Positions 24,750 to 37,699 are shown, counted from the first letter of the stretch. The stretch: DNA of 64,000 bases from Eledone cirrhosa (GCA_964016885.1 OZ024743.1:22320001-22384000), one strand, 5' to 3'. Translations and numbers: made by a program. The notes: generated from the sequence alone by a model not told the origin.

Positions 24750-27700
24750 CTACCATCATCATCATTTTACGTCCGCTCTTCCCTGCTCGCAAGGGTGGGA
24801 CAGGTCTTATTCAGAATCTCTCCACTCGTCACGGTCCTTCGTCATCTCCACCGTGAGTTTCAACGATCTGAGGTCTGTTCTCACCACCTCCGCCCATGTT
24901 TTTCGTGGTCTACCTCTACCACGTCTTCCTTCAAGTGGCATTTCCTGGCACTTCTTCACCCATCGGTCATCCTCCATGCACATCACATGTCCATACCACC
25001 TGTCTCCTCTCCTGTACACTACATTCTATCCCTCTCAGACACAGCTCCTCTTTCAACACATTCATGCTGGGTCGTTCACGCATATCCAACGGAGCATGCT
25101 TGCCTCATTTCTCTCCAGCCGTCGCATATCCTCTGCAGTTGCAGAAACCCTTCTTCGTCAGCAGAGGAAGCAGTTCCCTAAACTTCTTCCAACCCGCCCT
25201 TATTCTAGATACTATGGCCTCGGAACACCCTCCTCCCATGCTAATCTGATCTCCTAGGTACCGGAAGCTATCCACCACTTCTATAACACCTTCCTGCATT
25301 TGAAAAATGTGTCTATCAATGCGACTTCTACTGTCTAATTTCCCTGTACATCTACTGCATACATATTTCTCCCTACCTGTTAGTTTGCCTACTATCCCGC
25401 TACATCTCTTGTGTACCCAGGATCTGCATTGTGTGCATTTTATAGAATTTATGCCAGTTCCTTTTCTGCATATCGAATATGGCCATTTCCCTGACGGAAT
25501 CAGAGTTTTGTCCTCTTGCTTCCAACTGCTGTTTCTATAGCCAGAATTTATTCTCTAGCTCCTCTACTGATTCTGCTATAAGAACCAGATCGTCAGCATA
25601 GAGAAGTTCCCATGGACAGCCAGTCTTAAACTCCTGTTATGGCTTGGAGGACTATAATGAACAAGAGCGGGCTGAGGACCGAACCTTGATGTACTCCTAC
25701 TTGTATCTGGAATTCCTCATTAAACTCCATTCCTACCCTGACTTTACTGAGAGTACCTCTGTACAAAGTTTGCACTGTCCTCACAAGCCATTCCTCAACA
25801 CCTAGTTTCCTTAGGGACCACCAGATGACAGATCGGGGTACCCTATCAAAGGCCTTCTCTAGGTCAACAAAGGCTAAGTATAGTGGCTTATTTTTCTCTA
25901 AGAACCTCTCTTGCAATTGTCTCACCAAGAAGAAGGCATCTGTTGTACTCTTCCCAGGCACAAAACCAAACTGCATCTCATCTAGTTTCACCCTTTCTCT
26001 AATTAGTTGTGCTAATATCCTTTCTGCCACTTTCATAACCTGATCCATCAGTTTTATACCCCTATAATTGCTCCTCTCCAGAGCATCCCCTTTACCTTTG
26101 TAGCAATTTATGAGAATACTGCTGCATCAGTCTTTGGGTATGACACTAGCATATATAGCCTGATTGATGATGCGTGCAACCAGTTTAGTGCCTACGTCCC
26201 CTGATGCCTTCAGCATCTCAGCAACTATTCCCGATGGTCCAGCAGCCTTACCATTTTTCATTTCCTTAATCGCCTCTTGGACCCTATATTCGTCAATCTC
26301 AATAGCTGGTCCCTCTGTCGGACCTACTAAGGGTAATTTCTCTCTCTCCCATTCGTTCTCCACATTCATCAGTCTCTCATAATGACATTTCCAGGCCTCC
26401 TTTTTCTGATCATTCCTGACACTAAGTACACCGGCATCATTCCGGACACATTTATCTCCAACAACATCCTGATTTGCATTGACACATTGCTTTGCAATGT
26501 GGAACACTGCACACTTCTGATCTTCCCGTCGCAGAACATTGGCAAACCTCCTACTCTCAGCCTCCCTGCGTGCTAAGTACACCTGACGTCTAGCTTCTCT
26601 CTTAACGGCTGTATATTCTTCCCTACTCCCACCCTTTTTCCAAGCCTTCCATGCTAGTCTTTTGTCTCTAATAGCCTTATCTACTGTGCTGTTCCACCAC
26701 CAGGTCACTCTCTGTCTGGTTGGAGCTCTGCTCCAGCCACAAATTTCATTAGTAGCCTGCAGCAAGTTGTCACGTAAGAAATTCCAGTTATTATCTATGT
26801 CATACGTCTCTAAATCGTCTTCTTTTTCGTCATATACATCTTGAAGGGCTTTCCTAAATTTGTATCTAAGTGAAAGGTCTTTTAGCTTCCAGACCTTTCT
26901 TCTCCACACCTTCCTGTATGTCTCATTCCATCTCTTGCTCACTGAGATATCACTAACGACTAACCTATGCTGTGGGGTACATTCTTCCCCAGGGTATGCC
27001 TTGGTATTAGATACTATCTGCCTGTCCCACTGCCTAACTAGTAAGAAGACAATCTGGCTTATGTGCTCACCAGATTTGTAGGTTATTAGGTGATTGGCAG
27101 GTTTCTGGAAGTTTGTGTTGCAAATAGTGTACTTGCATCACAAAATTCAAGAAGTCTCACTCCTTCATTTCTTGAGCTGTAACTGTGCCCACCATGTACC
27201 CCAGTGTAACCATCCTGGAGCTGTCCAACATGACCATTGAAGTCCCCTGCTAGCATAATGATGCCTCCGTCCTCTGTCATTGCAGTTGTTTGTAAAAGTT
27301 GCTCGTAAAAGCAGTCTTTCTCATCTTTGCCTAGGCCTGCTTGGGGAGCATAGGCAGAGATGATTGTCAGTAGTCTCCTGCCTACAACTAATCTAAGCTT
27401 AATTATTCGATTACTAACTCGAACTACCTCTATTGACTTATTGATCCATCTCTCAACCAGGAAAATTCCTACTCCCCCTAACCCATCATCCTTACCTACC
27501 AAGAAAAGCTTATAGCTAAGATGTTTGCCTACGACTAGTCTCGCAGAGGCACCTCTCCATCTCACCTCTTGCACGCAGCACACATCCACATGCCTTCTCT
27601 CCAGCATCTCCGCTATTTCAGCAGATCTACCTCTGAGAGTGCCAACATTAAGTGTTGCAACTCTGAGATGCGACATCTTCATATTTTGTTGTTGTTCCCA

Positions 27701-27830
27701 TTTGTTGCTGTGCTGATAAGCGTTTTGGCATTGATACACTGGTTGGATGTCCTTCCTAACACCAGCGCCACTTTACAGCATGGACTGGGTGCTTTTATTT
27801 GTGCCACCAGCACTAGAGAGGATGTCTTAC
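24750..27830 (-). mobile_element. Near full-length RTE LINE, subfamily A, disabled
   Basis: APE endonuclease (ATLNVGTL, CVQEVRW, SAYAPQ, GDFNGHVG; 27086-27739), linker (26127-26942), RT (QFGF, FVDLEKAFD, GVHQGSVLSP, YADD), PHD-like finger, C-terminus with deletions and frameshifts, (GAT)n tail. Confidence 0.95.
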
Positions 27831-28116
27831 TAGACTCAAGGGCCCTCTCTACCCCTCCATTTTACAGCATAGTCATAAAAAAAAAAGACTTATTGACATG
27901 ACACGCACACACACACACTCATGCATACAAACTACAAACACACACACCACTTACACACCAACACTCATTCATGCATACAAACACACACACCACTCACATA
28001 CACACACATATATTACTGGCAGTACTGATACAAAATCAAAATCATGTCAACTGTTGACTTTTCCCAGTCCAGTTCAGTTTTTATAAAATAATAATAATAA
28101 TTGTTTGCTTTACGCT

Positions 28117-28745
28117 GGTAATGGTGGTGGTGGTGGTGGTGAATGGTGGTGGTGATAGATAGTGCCAGTGATGGTGGTGGTGATGGATGGTGTCAGTGAT
28201 GGTGGATGGTGTCAGTCATGGTGATGGATAGTGTCAGTGATGGTGGTAGTAGTGGTGGATGTGGTGGATAGTGTCATTGATGGTGATGGTGGCGATGGTG
28301 GTGGTAGTGGATGGTGCTAGTGCTGGTGGTGGTGGTAGTAGTGGTGGATGGTATCGGTGGATGATGGTGATGGCGGTGGTGGTGGATGGTGCCAGTGATG
28401 GTGGTTGTGGTGGTGGATGGTATCAGTATGGTGAATGGTCAGTGATGGTGGTGGCAGTTGTTGCTGTTGTTGTTATTGTAGTTGCTGTTGCCGCTGCTGC
28501 TGCTGTTCTTCATTTCACCGATGCTGTTGCTGCAGACAATGGTGCTGTTGTTGTTATTATAGTCGCATATATATAAATACATACATACACACACATTCAA
28601 CACAGACAATGGTGTTGTTGCTGTTGTAGTTGCTGTTGTTGTTGTCGTCGTTCTTCAATTCGCTGCTGCTGCAGACAATGGTGTTGTTGCTGTTATTGTA
28701 GTCGCATATATATAAATACATACACACACACACACATTCAACACC
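28117..28745. repeat. GGT/GAT and GTT/GCT low-complexity tract with local tandem duplications
   Basis: Degenerate GGTGGATGGTGYCAGTGAT units; about 75-bp duplication at 28530-28603 / 28670-28745. Confidence 0.85.
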
Positions 28746-28811
28746 ATGCCACAACTATGCACCCGGTATACTTTGTAAAGTGGTTGATGTTAGAAAGGTT
28801 ATATATATATA

Positions 28812-29097
28812 TTTCATTTCTGAATTTGTTTAGCAAGATTCTTTATCTGAAAACGTGTGTTGAAACCGATATTGTTATGCTTTGGGAGGGTCATGTTGCC
28901 AATAAGAAACACACGCACCAGTTGCTTTCACTTCAATTTATTATAAATTAAAATTATAAATTTAATAATTTCCGGTTGGTTGTGGAACCAACCAACCAAC
29001 CAACTGGAAATTTATAAATTTAATTTATAATGAATTGAAGTGAAAGCAACTGGTGCGTGTGTTTCTTATTGGCAACATGACCCTCCCAAAGCATAAC
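28812..29097. repeat. Fold-back family copy 2
   Basis: Inverted arms from 28874 and to 29097 (about 105 bp) plus a one-sided extension of about 60 bp homologous to 55580-55632. Confidence 0.85.
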
Positions 29098-29117
29098 TAC
29101 ATACATACATACATACA

Positions 29118-29153
<36 letters not shown>

Positions 29154-29155
29154 TA

Positions 29156-29312
29156 GGCACATGGCTTAGTGGTTAGAGCTTAGAGCATTGGCCTTGTAAT
29201 CGAAAGGTTTTGAGTTCAATTCTCAGGTTGGGTGATGTGTTGTTTCCTTGAGCAAGACATTTTATTTCACATTGCTCCAGTTTACTCAGCTGTAGAAATG
29301 AGATGATAGGGA
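29156..29312 (+). mobile_element. SINE family 2, 5' part
   Basis: A box TGGCTTAGTGG, B box GAGTTCAATTC, then GTGTTGTTTCCTTGAGCAAGACA. Confidence 0.8.
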
Positions 29313-29530
29313 CACACCAGAGTACTCAATACTTAGGGTAGTAGAGTGGGAAATAGGAAAAAGTATGACCCCGACGGCAGAGCTCAAGCCGTTTCGACGG
29401 CTATTTCTGGATTTTCATATATACACATATATATATGTATATTTATTTATTTATATATGAATAAATGTGTGTGTGTGTGTATAACGTATGAAACTAAAAC
29501 AAGCAGTAAACTTAAATACACACACACTCC

Positions 29531-29584
<54 letters not shown>

Positions 29585-29746
29585 TATATATATATAGGTT
29601 TCAAACAAGAATTGGCAGTGATATGATTATTTAATTCCTTTTCTACAAAACATATATGTAACAAAATAGGTCCATCCAATGTGTCCATATTCAGTACACC
29701 AGACAATCCTATCTACTGTTAAGAATAATTCTCTCTCAATTGCAAG

Positions 29747-29861
29747 GACACTTGTTACTAGAGTAGACTAAGAGTCACAAGGAGGAGAGAGAGCATGTGG
29801 ATTTGTGGTAGATGCTCTCTCTCCTCCTTGTGACTCTTAGTCTACTCTAGTAACAAGTGTC
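29747..29861. repeat. Perfect 50-bp inverted repeat with 15-nt loop
   Basis: 29747-29796 is the exact reverse complement of 29812-29861. Confidence 0.95.
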
Positions 29862-31005
29862 ACCAATTGTTGTGATCCTTTATCTGCTTTGTATAGTTCT
29901 GTTTCACAGCAGTGGGATGTAAATGTTTGCCACTTTGTCCAATGACCTCCTATGTCACTCTTGCCCATTATATGCGTATCTCTCTCTTCCTCTCTGCATT
30001 CAGAGCCTCACATATCAGCACATTTCTTTTCAATCTCAGTAAGATCAGTGTGTGCCATTATCATTCCATACACTCTTATCACTGACTACATTCAATTCTC
30101 TTAAGTATAATAATGCTTTGCAATCTAAATCATCTTGCACCTTCAATCCTTATATCACAGAACATTAGTAAACATCTTTCTTTCAGCTTCTCCACTTACA
30201 ATGTATATCTGATGTCTAATATCTCTTCTAGCTACTTGATATTGTTCTCCGTTCTTCCCTTTCTATGCCTGTCTCTTAGCTTTTAAGACTCCAGTAGTAT
30301 CTTACTGTCAAATAAATCAATCATACAATGATATGTTTCCACCCTTCTAGAAATATATAAGATGGAATATATATGAGTTTTCTGAAAGAATGCTTTCAAT
30401 AAAAATATCACAATGGTACTGTGCAACAATCCCATCTAACTTATGCTTGCAGGGGAAGTGGATGCTAACAAGTGAGAGGATGATGAATACATAATAAACA
30501 ATTCTTGTTTGTTAATTAAATTGCTTCCCTCTTATTCCTGAATCATCATCGACATCCCCATTTATCATTTATTTTCCATGCTTGCATGAATGAGTATTCT
30601 AAACTAGCAACCGTTAACGAAATTACTCTTATATCAATGAGAAAAAAGGACAAAATAAATTTGAGCAACAAAATTTATGAATCATATATCACAATAACAA
30701 TATATATAATGAAATTATTGTGAATAGTGCTCAGGTAATAAACTTCCTCCCTCTACCCTCCCACACACATAAAATTAACAATGCTGAAACTTAGAAACAT
30801 TGATAATGTTAATAGAATGCTCTACAGGAAAGTATCAATATCCAAAAGATTACTATGATTACACAACACACTAATGAGAAAAGTGAGAAAACTAATTTGC
30901 TCACGAAAAACCAGTACACTTATTACTCTGTATTTACCACACTACAAATTTTGACATTAATACACTTACACTTGTATATGAATATCTACCATGTATATGT
31001 GTATG

Positions 31006-31036
<31 letters not shown>

Positions 31037-31037
31037 T

Positions 31038-31076
<39 letters not shown>

Positions 31077-31099
31077 CTATATATTTATATAAATATATA

Positions 31100-31485
31100 T
31101 ATCATCATCATTTTATGTCCGCTTTTCCCTGCTTGCAAGGGTGGGACGGGAACTGATTCTGGCTTGATTTTTACAGCTGGATGCCCTTTCTAACAACAAT
31201 CTCATTTACAGTGAGTGCTGGGTGCTTTCTTTTTCCGTGGCGCCTACACGTCAACTTTACAGTGTGGGCTGGGTGCTTTTTTGCCGTGGCACCTCCACGA
31301 CCACCTTGCAGTGGAATGATAGGGACCCCAGTCCTATCATCTCATTTCTACAGCTGAGTAAACTGGAGCAATGTGAAATAAAGTGTCTTGCTCAAGGAAA
31401 CAACACATCACCTGGTCTGAGAATTGAACTCACAACCTTTCGATTGCGAGGCCAATACTCTAACCACTAAGCCATGTGCCTCCAC
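31100..31485 (-). mobile_element. SINE family 2, full length, RTE subfamily A tail
   Basis: tRNA head with A/B boxes, hairpin modules, AGGGCATCCAGCTG core, 3' end nearly identical to RTE subfamily A. Other copies or fragments at 55940-56232, 45398-45560, 54775-55080, 50158-50357 and 34100-34225. Confidence 0.88.
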
Positions 31486-31531
<46 letters not shown>

Positions 31532-31599
31532 GTATATGTGTGTGTGTGTATATGTGTGTGTGTGTATATATGTGTGTGTTTGTGTGTGTGTGTATAATC

Positions 31600-34092
31600 A
31601 GAAGACGTGACAGAGTGTCTGTTGTTAACACTAAATCCCTCCCCCATGAAGAATGCACCTCCCAACATAGACTGATAATTAGCGACCTCATAGTCAGGAC
31701 GAGACGTACTAGACAGCGGAAGAGGACTATCCTCAGGAGAAAAATATGGAAGCTAAAGGACCCCACAGCCAGAAATAAATTTCAAAGCATATTACTTGAT
31801 GCTTTCGACAGTAAGGAAGAGCAATTAGAGTCGTATAATATAGAGGAACAGTGGGAATTCCTGAAAGCGAACCTGCTGACGGCGGCAGACGAAGTCTGTG
31901 GCTGGAGCAGGCCTGTAGGCAGGAGGAGAGTAACATGGTGGTGGAACAGTAAGGTGGAGGAGTCAATTAAGGCCAAAAAGCAGGCTTGGAAAGTATGGCG
32001 GGATGGGGGAAGTAGAGAAGACTACCAAGTGGCCAGGAGGGAAGCTAGGAGACAAGTGTACTTCGCAAGAAGGGAAGCAGAGGAAAGAAAGTTCAAGCAT
32101 GTTCTACAACATAGCAGCATCATCATTAACTGTTACAAGGGTAAAGGAGATGCCCTAGATAGGTGTAACTATAGAGGCATTAAATTAATCGACCAGGTCA
32201 TGAAGGTCACGGAAAAAGTAATAGCGCAACTAATCAGAGAGAGAATTGATCTAGATGAAATGCAGTTCGGGTTTGTGTCAGGCAAAAGTACCACAGACGC
32301 TCTTTTCATTGTACGACAACTACAGGAGAAGTACCTAGCTAAAAGTAAACCCCTATACTTAGCTTTTGTTGACTTGGAGAAAGCCTTCGACAGAGTCCCC
32401 CGTTCCATTATCTGGTGGGCTCTTAGAAAACTAGGTGTTGACGAATGGCTTGTGAGAGCTATACAAGCCATGTATAAAGAAACAGTTAGCAAGGTTAGAA
32501 TTAACAACAAATATAGTGACGAGTTTAGCGTAAAAGTTGGTGTCCATCAGGGCTCTGTTCTTAGCCCCCTACTATTTATTATTGCCCTTCAGGCTATAAC
32601 AGAGGAGTTCAAGACCGGCTGCCCATGGGAACTCCTATACGCAGATGATCTAACGCTCATAGCTGAATCAATGACCGAGCTAGAGAAGAAATTCCAAACA
32701 TGGAAGCACGGCCTAGAATCAAAAGGCCTTAAAATTAACCTGGCTAAGACTAAAGTTCTAGTTTGTAGGAAAAAAAATAAGGCGGCGGTCCCTTCCGGGA
32801 AATGGCCATGCTCAGTGTGTAGGAAAGGCGTAGGTAGAAACTCCATTTTATGTCCCAAATGCAAAGTATGGGTGCATAAAAGATGTAGTGGGATCACAGG
32901 TAAGCTAACTAAGAACATAGATTTTATATGTGGCCAGTGCTCTGGTGCAATAAGTAGCAGCAAGTGCTCACAAAATACTAGCTCTTTCAATTGCGCAGAG
33001 GGTTCTATAGAAATAGTGGACAGCTTCCGTTACCTGGGTGACAAAATCAGCAGTGGGGGAGGGTGCTCTGAAAGTACAGTAGCTAGAGTCAGAACTGGAT
33101 GGAAAAAGTTCAGAGAGCTTATACCACTATTAGCCGCTAAAGGGTTCTCCCTAAAAATGAAAGGCAGGTTGTATGATGCCTGCATACGAACAGCAATGTT
33201 GCATGGCAGTGAGACCTGGGCATTGTGTGCAGAGGATATACGCAGACTAGAGAGGAACGAAGCTTGCATGCTCCGCTGGATGTGTAATAGTAATATACGT
33301 GAACGGCAAAGCATAAACGAACTAAGGAAAAAATTAGAAATAAGAGGGATCAGATGTTGTTTACTCGAGAGAAGGCTACGTTGGTATGGTCACGTGATGC
33401 GCATGAAAGACGACAGCTGTATAACAAAGTTCAGGGCAATAAAGATAGATGGTAGCCACGGAGTAGGCAGACCCAGAAAAACCTGGGACGAGCTGATAAA
33501 TTCCGACCTCACACACTTACACCTCTTCAAGACAATGACACTGGACCGAGACCTTTGGCGGTACTCAGTAATAGAGAAGACACGCCTTACCTAAATACAA
33601 AGTAAAACCTACTACAGTCAGTAGGCATCTCTAACAAAATATACCCCCGTCCCACCACCCCCACCCCATCCACACCGCCCCCTTCAATGTAAAATTATGT
33701 TGGTGCCACAACATCCAGGCCGAAACAAATGAGATCGTGTAGGTGTCACGACAAAAAACACACAGTCCACGCTGTAATGTGGCCGTGTAGGCAACACGGT
33801 AAAAACCTCCCAGTCCCACACTGTAAATGTGGTTGGTGTTAGGAAGGGCATCCAGCTGTAGAAAACCCGCCAGACAGTCCACGCTGTAATGTGGCCGTGT
33901 AGGCAACACGGTAAAAACCTCCCAGCCCCACACTGTAAATGTGGTTGGTGTTAGGAAGGGCATCCAGCTGTAGAAACCCGCCAGACAGTCCTATGCGAGC
34001 AAGACAACCACTCTTGCCTCAAGTGGGAAAACTCCCGTCCAAACCCATGCAAGCGTGGAACATGGACGTTATACGATGATGATGATGATGAT
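31600..34092 (+). mobile_element. 5'-truncated RTE LINE, subfamily B-like, with open RT ORF
   Basis: Stop-free to 33594: end of APE, RT motifs (FVDLEKAFD, GVHQGSVLSP, YADD), PHD-like finger, C-terminus; 3' UTR with tandem duplication and (GAT)n tail. Confidence 0.95.
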
Positions 34093-36590
34093 ATATATAA
34101 TCATCATCATCATCACCGTTTTACATCCGTTCTTCCACACTAGCATGGGTTAGACGGGTTGTCCTGTTGTGGGCAGTGTCTGGTTGGCTGACCATGCCTT
34201 GCTCATACAGGAACTGATTTGGCTTATATATATATATATACCAATTATATTATGTTCTTTACCAGTGAGTAGAACCGATTATTCTGGTTAGTAAACGATG
34301 ACGCAATATATTAAAGCACTCAACGTTATGCAAATCATCCATTCTAGATGTGGTAACTTGTGGCTGGTGCAGGAACAGAGTTAAATATACATTTTAAAAC
34401 AACAGAAAGCTGCACTGGAAACATTCTTTAAAGTTTTAATTTTGTGAATCACTATATTTCAATAGCCCAGTTTCATCATTTAAATCTAGTCGCAGCCCAT
34501 ATGGCATGGGAAATTGACATAAAATGGTGAGGACACACACATATGTTCATTATCATCATCATCATTTAATGTTTATTTTCCATGCTGGCAGGGGTTGGAA
34601 TGGGTGTGACAGTCTGAGACAAGACAAGGTTGAATAAACACTTCTTGCTCATACATTCCATATTTCAGCAAGGTTTCTACATCTAAAGACTCTTCCTAAT
34701 GCAAATCACTTTACATACATTACATACATAAAAATTTACATACATTACATATATAATTAAATATACATACATGCATGCATGCATACATACATACATATAT
34801 ACATAGATTCATAGCTACATACATGCATGCATACATACACACATGAGTGAGTGCATGTGTATATATTGTTGTCACTGTTTATTTTGTCTTATACCGCTTA
34901 GGTTATTACATCAATATTTTCAAGTAATAAGGTCAACTTTCTCCTCTCCTCCTCTGCCTCCCACTATCACCAGCGCCACAATCACCTTCTCCACCACCTC
35001 CACCTTTACGATTAATTATTGGCTCAGAAGATTAGCAAAAGTTTTCTTTCAGAAATACAGTGGAGGTAGGCTAAATTTTAAAACTCAATATTTGTATTGG
35101 TTAGAAAATCAATGCTTCAGCAATTATCACAACAGATGTAAGCAGTGAATTAAAGTATAAGAAAGAATTTAGTCTGAATCCAGCAGGAACCTGCAGCTGT
35201 GGCCTAATTTTTTCCTTGTATCAGATTCAAAATGAATTAACGAAGAGCTGGGAATGAAACACTGTACCTAATCCTACCAGCACACATTCAATAACAATAT
35301 ATAAAAGTAGATGAAAAAATATTGTTGGTACATATTTATCTGTATAGATATTTAAGAATTTGTTGGTATATACATATGCAGAGATAAATATGTACACACA
35401 CACACACATATATACACAGGGAGTTTAAAAAAATGTAATGTCATCAAAAAATTTAATATCATTTGAGATGTAAATATCCCAGAAACTACAAGGTCTAGGA
35501 CAAAGAGACTAAGCAGGCTCCATGTTGAGTAACACAAGATTTATTCCTCAAAACATGTCCACATTATAACATTAATTCACAATATATTCACAATAATTCA
35601 CAATATATATTTCATTGTGACAACCTTAGGAACAGGCCATTGATATATATATCATCTTCACTATCATTTAACTTCCATTCTTCCATGCTGGCATAGATTG
35701 AACTGGTCATTGCTGATGAAGTCAATACATAACTGGTGCCATTGACTCCTTAGACAGGCCAGAGTCCTGCATATCATTTACATATGTTTCAGCACTTTAC
35801 AGAAAGTATTTGTTGCATTTAAAAAACGTACGAGCACTAAAGAGGCTGATGCATTTTGACACAGCTGATGGTGGGAGATTCTTCTCAAACTTGTTTGGCA
35901 AGTTAACCTTTCTGACATGGCTGGATAACCTTTCTAACATCAACCACTTTACAAAGTATACTGGGTGCATAGTTGTGGCATGAGTACCAGAGAGGTTGTC
36001 AAGCCCTTGATACAACTAACATGTCCTTTTTCTGCCTGGATTCCATTCCTAACACTCCCCACTTTACAGAATAAACTAGGTGCATTTTTTATGGCAACGG
36101 CACTAGGGATTTTGTCATGTCAGTGACTTGACTGAAGAATCCTCTCAATTCTATAGTATAGAGGTTGATGACTTGTCCCATGTCAGTCATGGTTAGGAAT
36201 AAGAAGGAGTCAGGGGTAATAAGAAGGGTGATAAGTAATAAGCAAAGGATATATGACAATGGGTGTGTGAAAAGTGTGGTAAGATTTGAGTGGGGTGATG
36301 TAAGAGTGACAAAGAAAAGATGGTATTAACTCCCTAGACTTCTTCCAGCTGAGCCTTACTCTGGCTACCACACATTCAGAACATCCTCTCTACTGTTGAT
36401 TAGTTCACCTAGGTAACAGAAGGTGTCAATATATATAGTGAATTAAATATGTGGGACAAACAATCAAAAGCACCAATCTTCCTCATTGACCACCCCCTAA
36501 TCAATGCAATTTTGTGCATAATATAAATAATTATATATATTTATGTATGTATGTTTATATGTATATATTTGTGTGTGTGTGTGTAATCAT

Positions 36591-36628
<38 letters not shown>

Positions 36629-36649
36629 CACACACACACACACACAAAT

Positions 36650-36892
36650 ATAGGAAAATCTGCTTTGTAGAATCAAGACGTATCCTAGGACCTTGCGATT
36701 TTCAGAGTCAGGTTCGATCATCACATCGATCGTGCCTCGAGCTGGTCTCCAGAGAAACGATTGTAATATGTCCAATAAATTCCATTTGTCGCAACACTGA
36801 TTCTCTTTTTTTCTGTGATATCATACTCTGCTCTATGAGAGCATCGAGTGCTCATACGGCCTACCGCATACGGGTGCTTTAAGCATCCAACA
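36650..36892 (+). mobile_element. Unclassified CpG-rich insert, possibly an LTR 3' fragment
   Basis: CpG-rich between microsatellites; AATAAA at about 36774; ends ...CCAACA. Confidence 0.3.
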
Positions 36893-37699
36893 CCAATTAT
36901 ATATATATATATATTTCATACAGGTAAATGTTTAATTATAAAAATAAGTTATGCCAATAAAGTTTCAAGCTCAATCTAATATTACAATCAGCAAGATAAT
37001 TTAAATCATATAATCATGAGTATAATCCTTAAAGTATTAAGGAATCACACTTCAAGTAATATATTTGATGAGCCACATGAATGTGGTAGTACAGTGCATA
37101 TGGATAATATTGCATGAATAGTCAAGATAAAAATGTTAAAACATTTTATTCTCCTAACATTTGTTTGTACAGAAATGAACAGAAAAAATGTGGTGGCATA
37201 AGTTAGATAGGTTATCAAGGTCCAAGACAAGTGAGGTCAGTGTGACATGTGCTGCTCATACATTCAACATGGGTTCTACAACTGGATGCTCTTCTTAATG
37301 CTAACCACCCTTACAGAAAATACTAGGTGTTTTTTGTTTTATTTTGTTTTTTTGCTCCATTATTACCAATTTATCAAATGTACTGAGTGCAATTTTTCAT
37401 GACCATGACACTAACATATATTGGGTGCTGCTTTTCATGTTACCAGCCCTAAAACATGACAAGAGTAGTGGGTTCATTTTATCATGGCACCATCACTATA
37501 GATGTTGTCACATGTTCATCAAGACTGAAAAGTCCTCTCAAACTTGTAATGTCTCCATTCGATCACCAACATTGTAACCTCCAGTCTCTCACTACAATTA
37601 TTTTTTATGTCACAGTGCTTCTACTGTTGGGCAAGTCTTTTGTATTATGGCATATCGCTAGTCAACCCAGTTCTGTGTCATCTCTTTCAAGAGGTTCAG

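Noticed and set aside
28259-28629. Val/Gly/Cys-rich ORFs
   Set aside because: Low-complexity trinucleotide repeats.
29156-29235. tRNA gene
   Set aside because: SINE head with A/B boxes that continues into SINE body; no complete cloverleaf.
31474-31600. N-terminus of the 706-aa ORF
   Set aside because: (TG)n microsatellite that happens to be in frame with the truncated RTE; not a real start.
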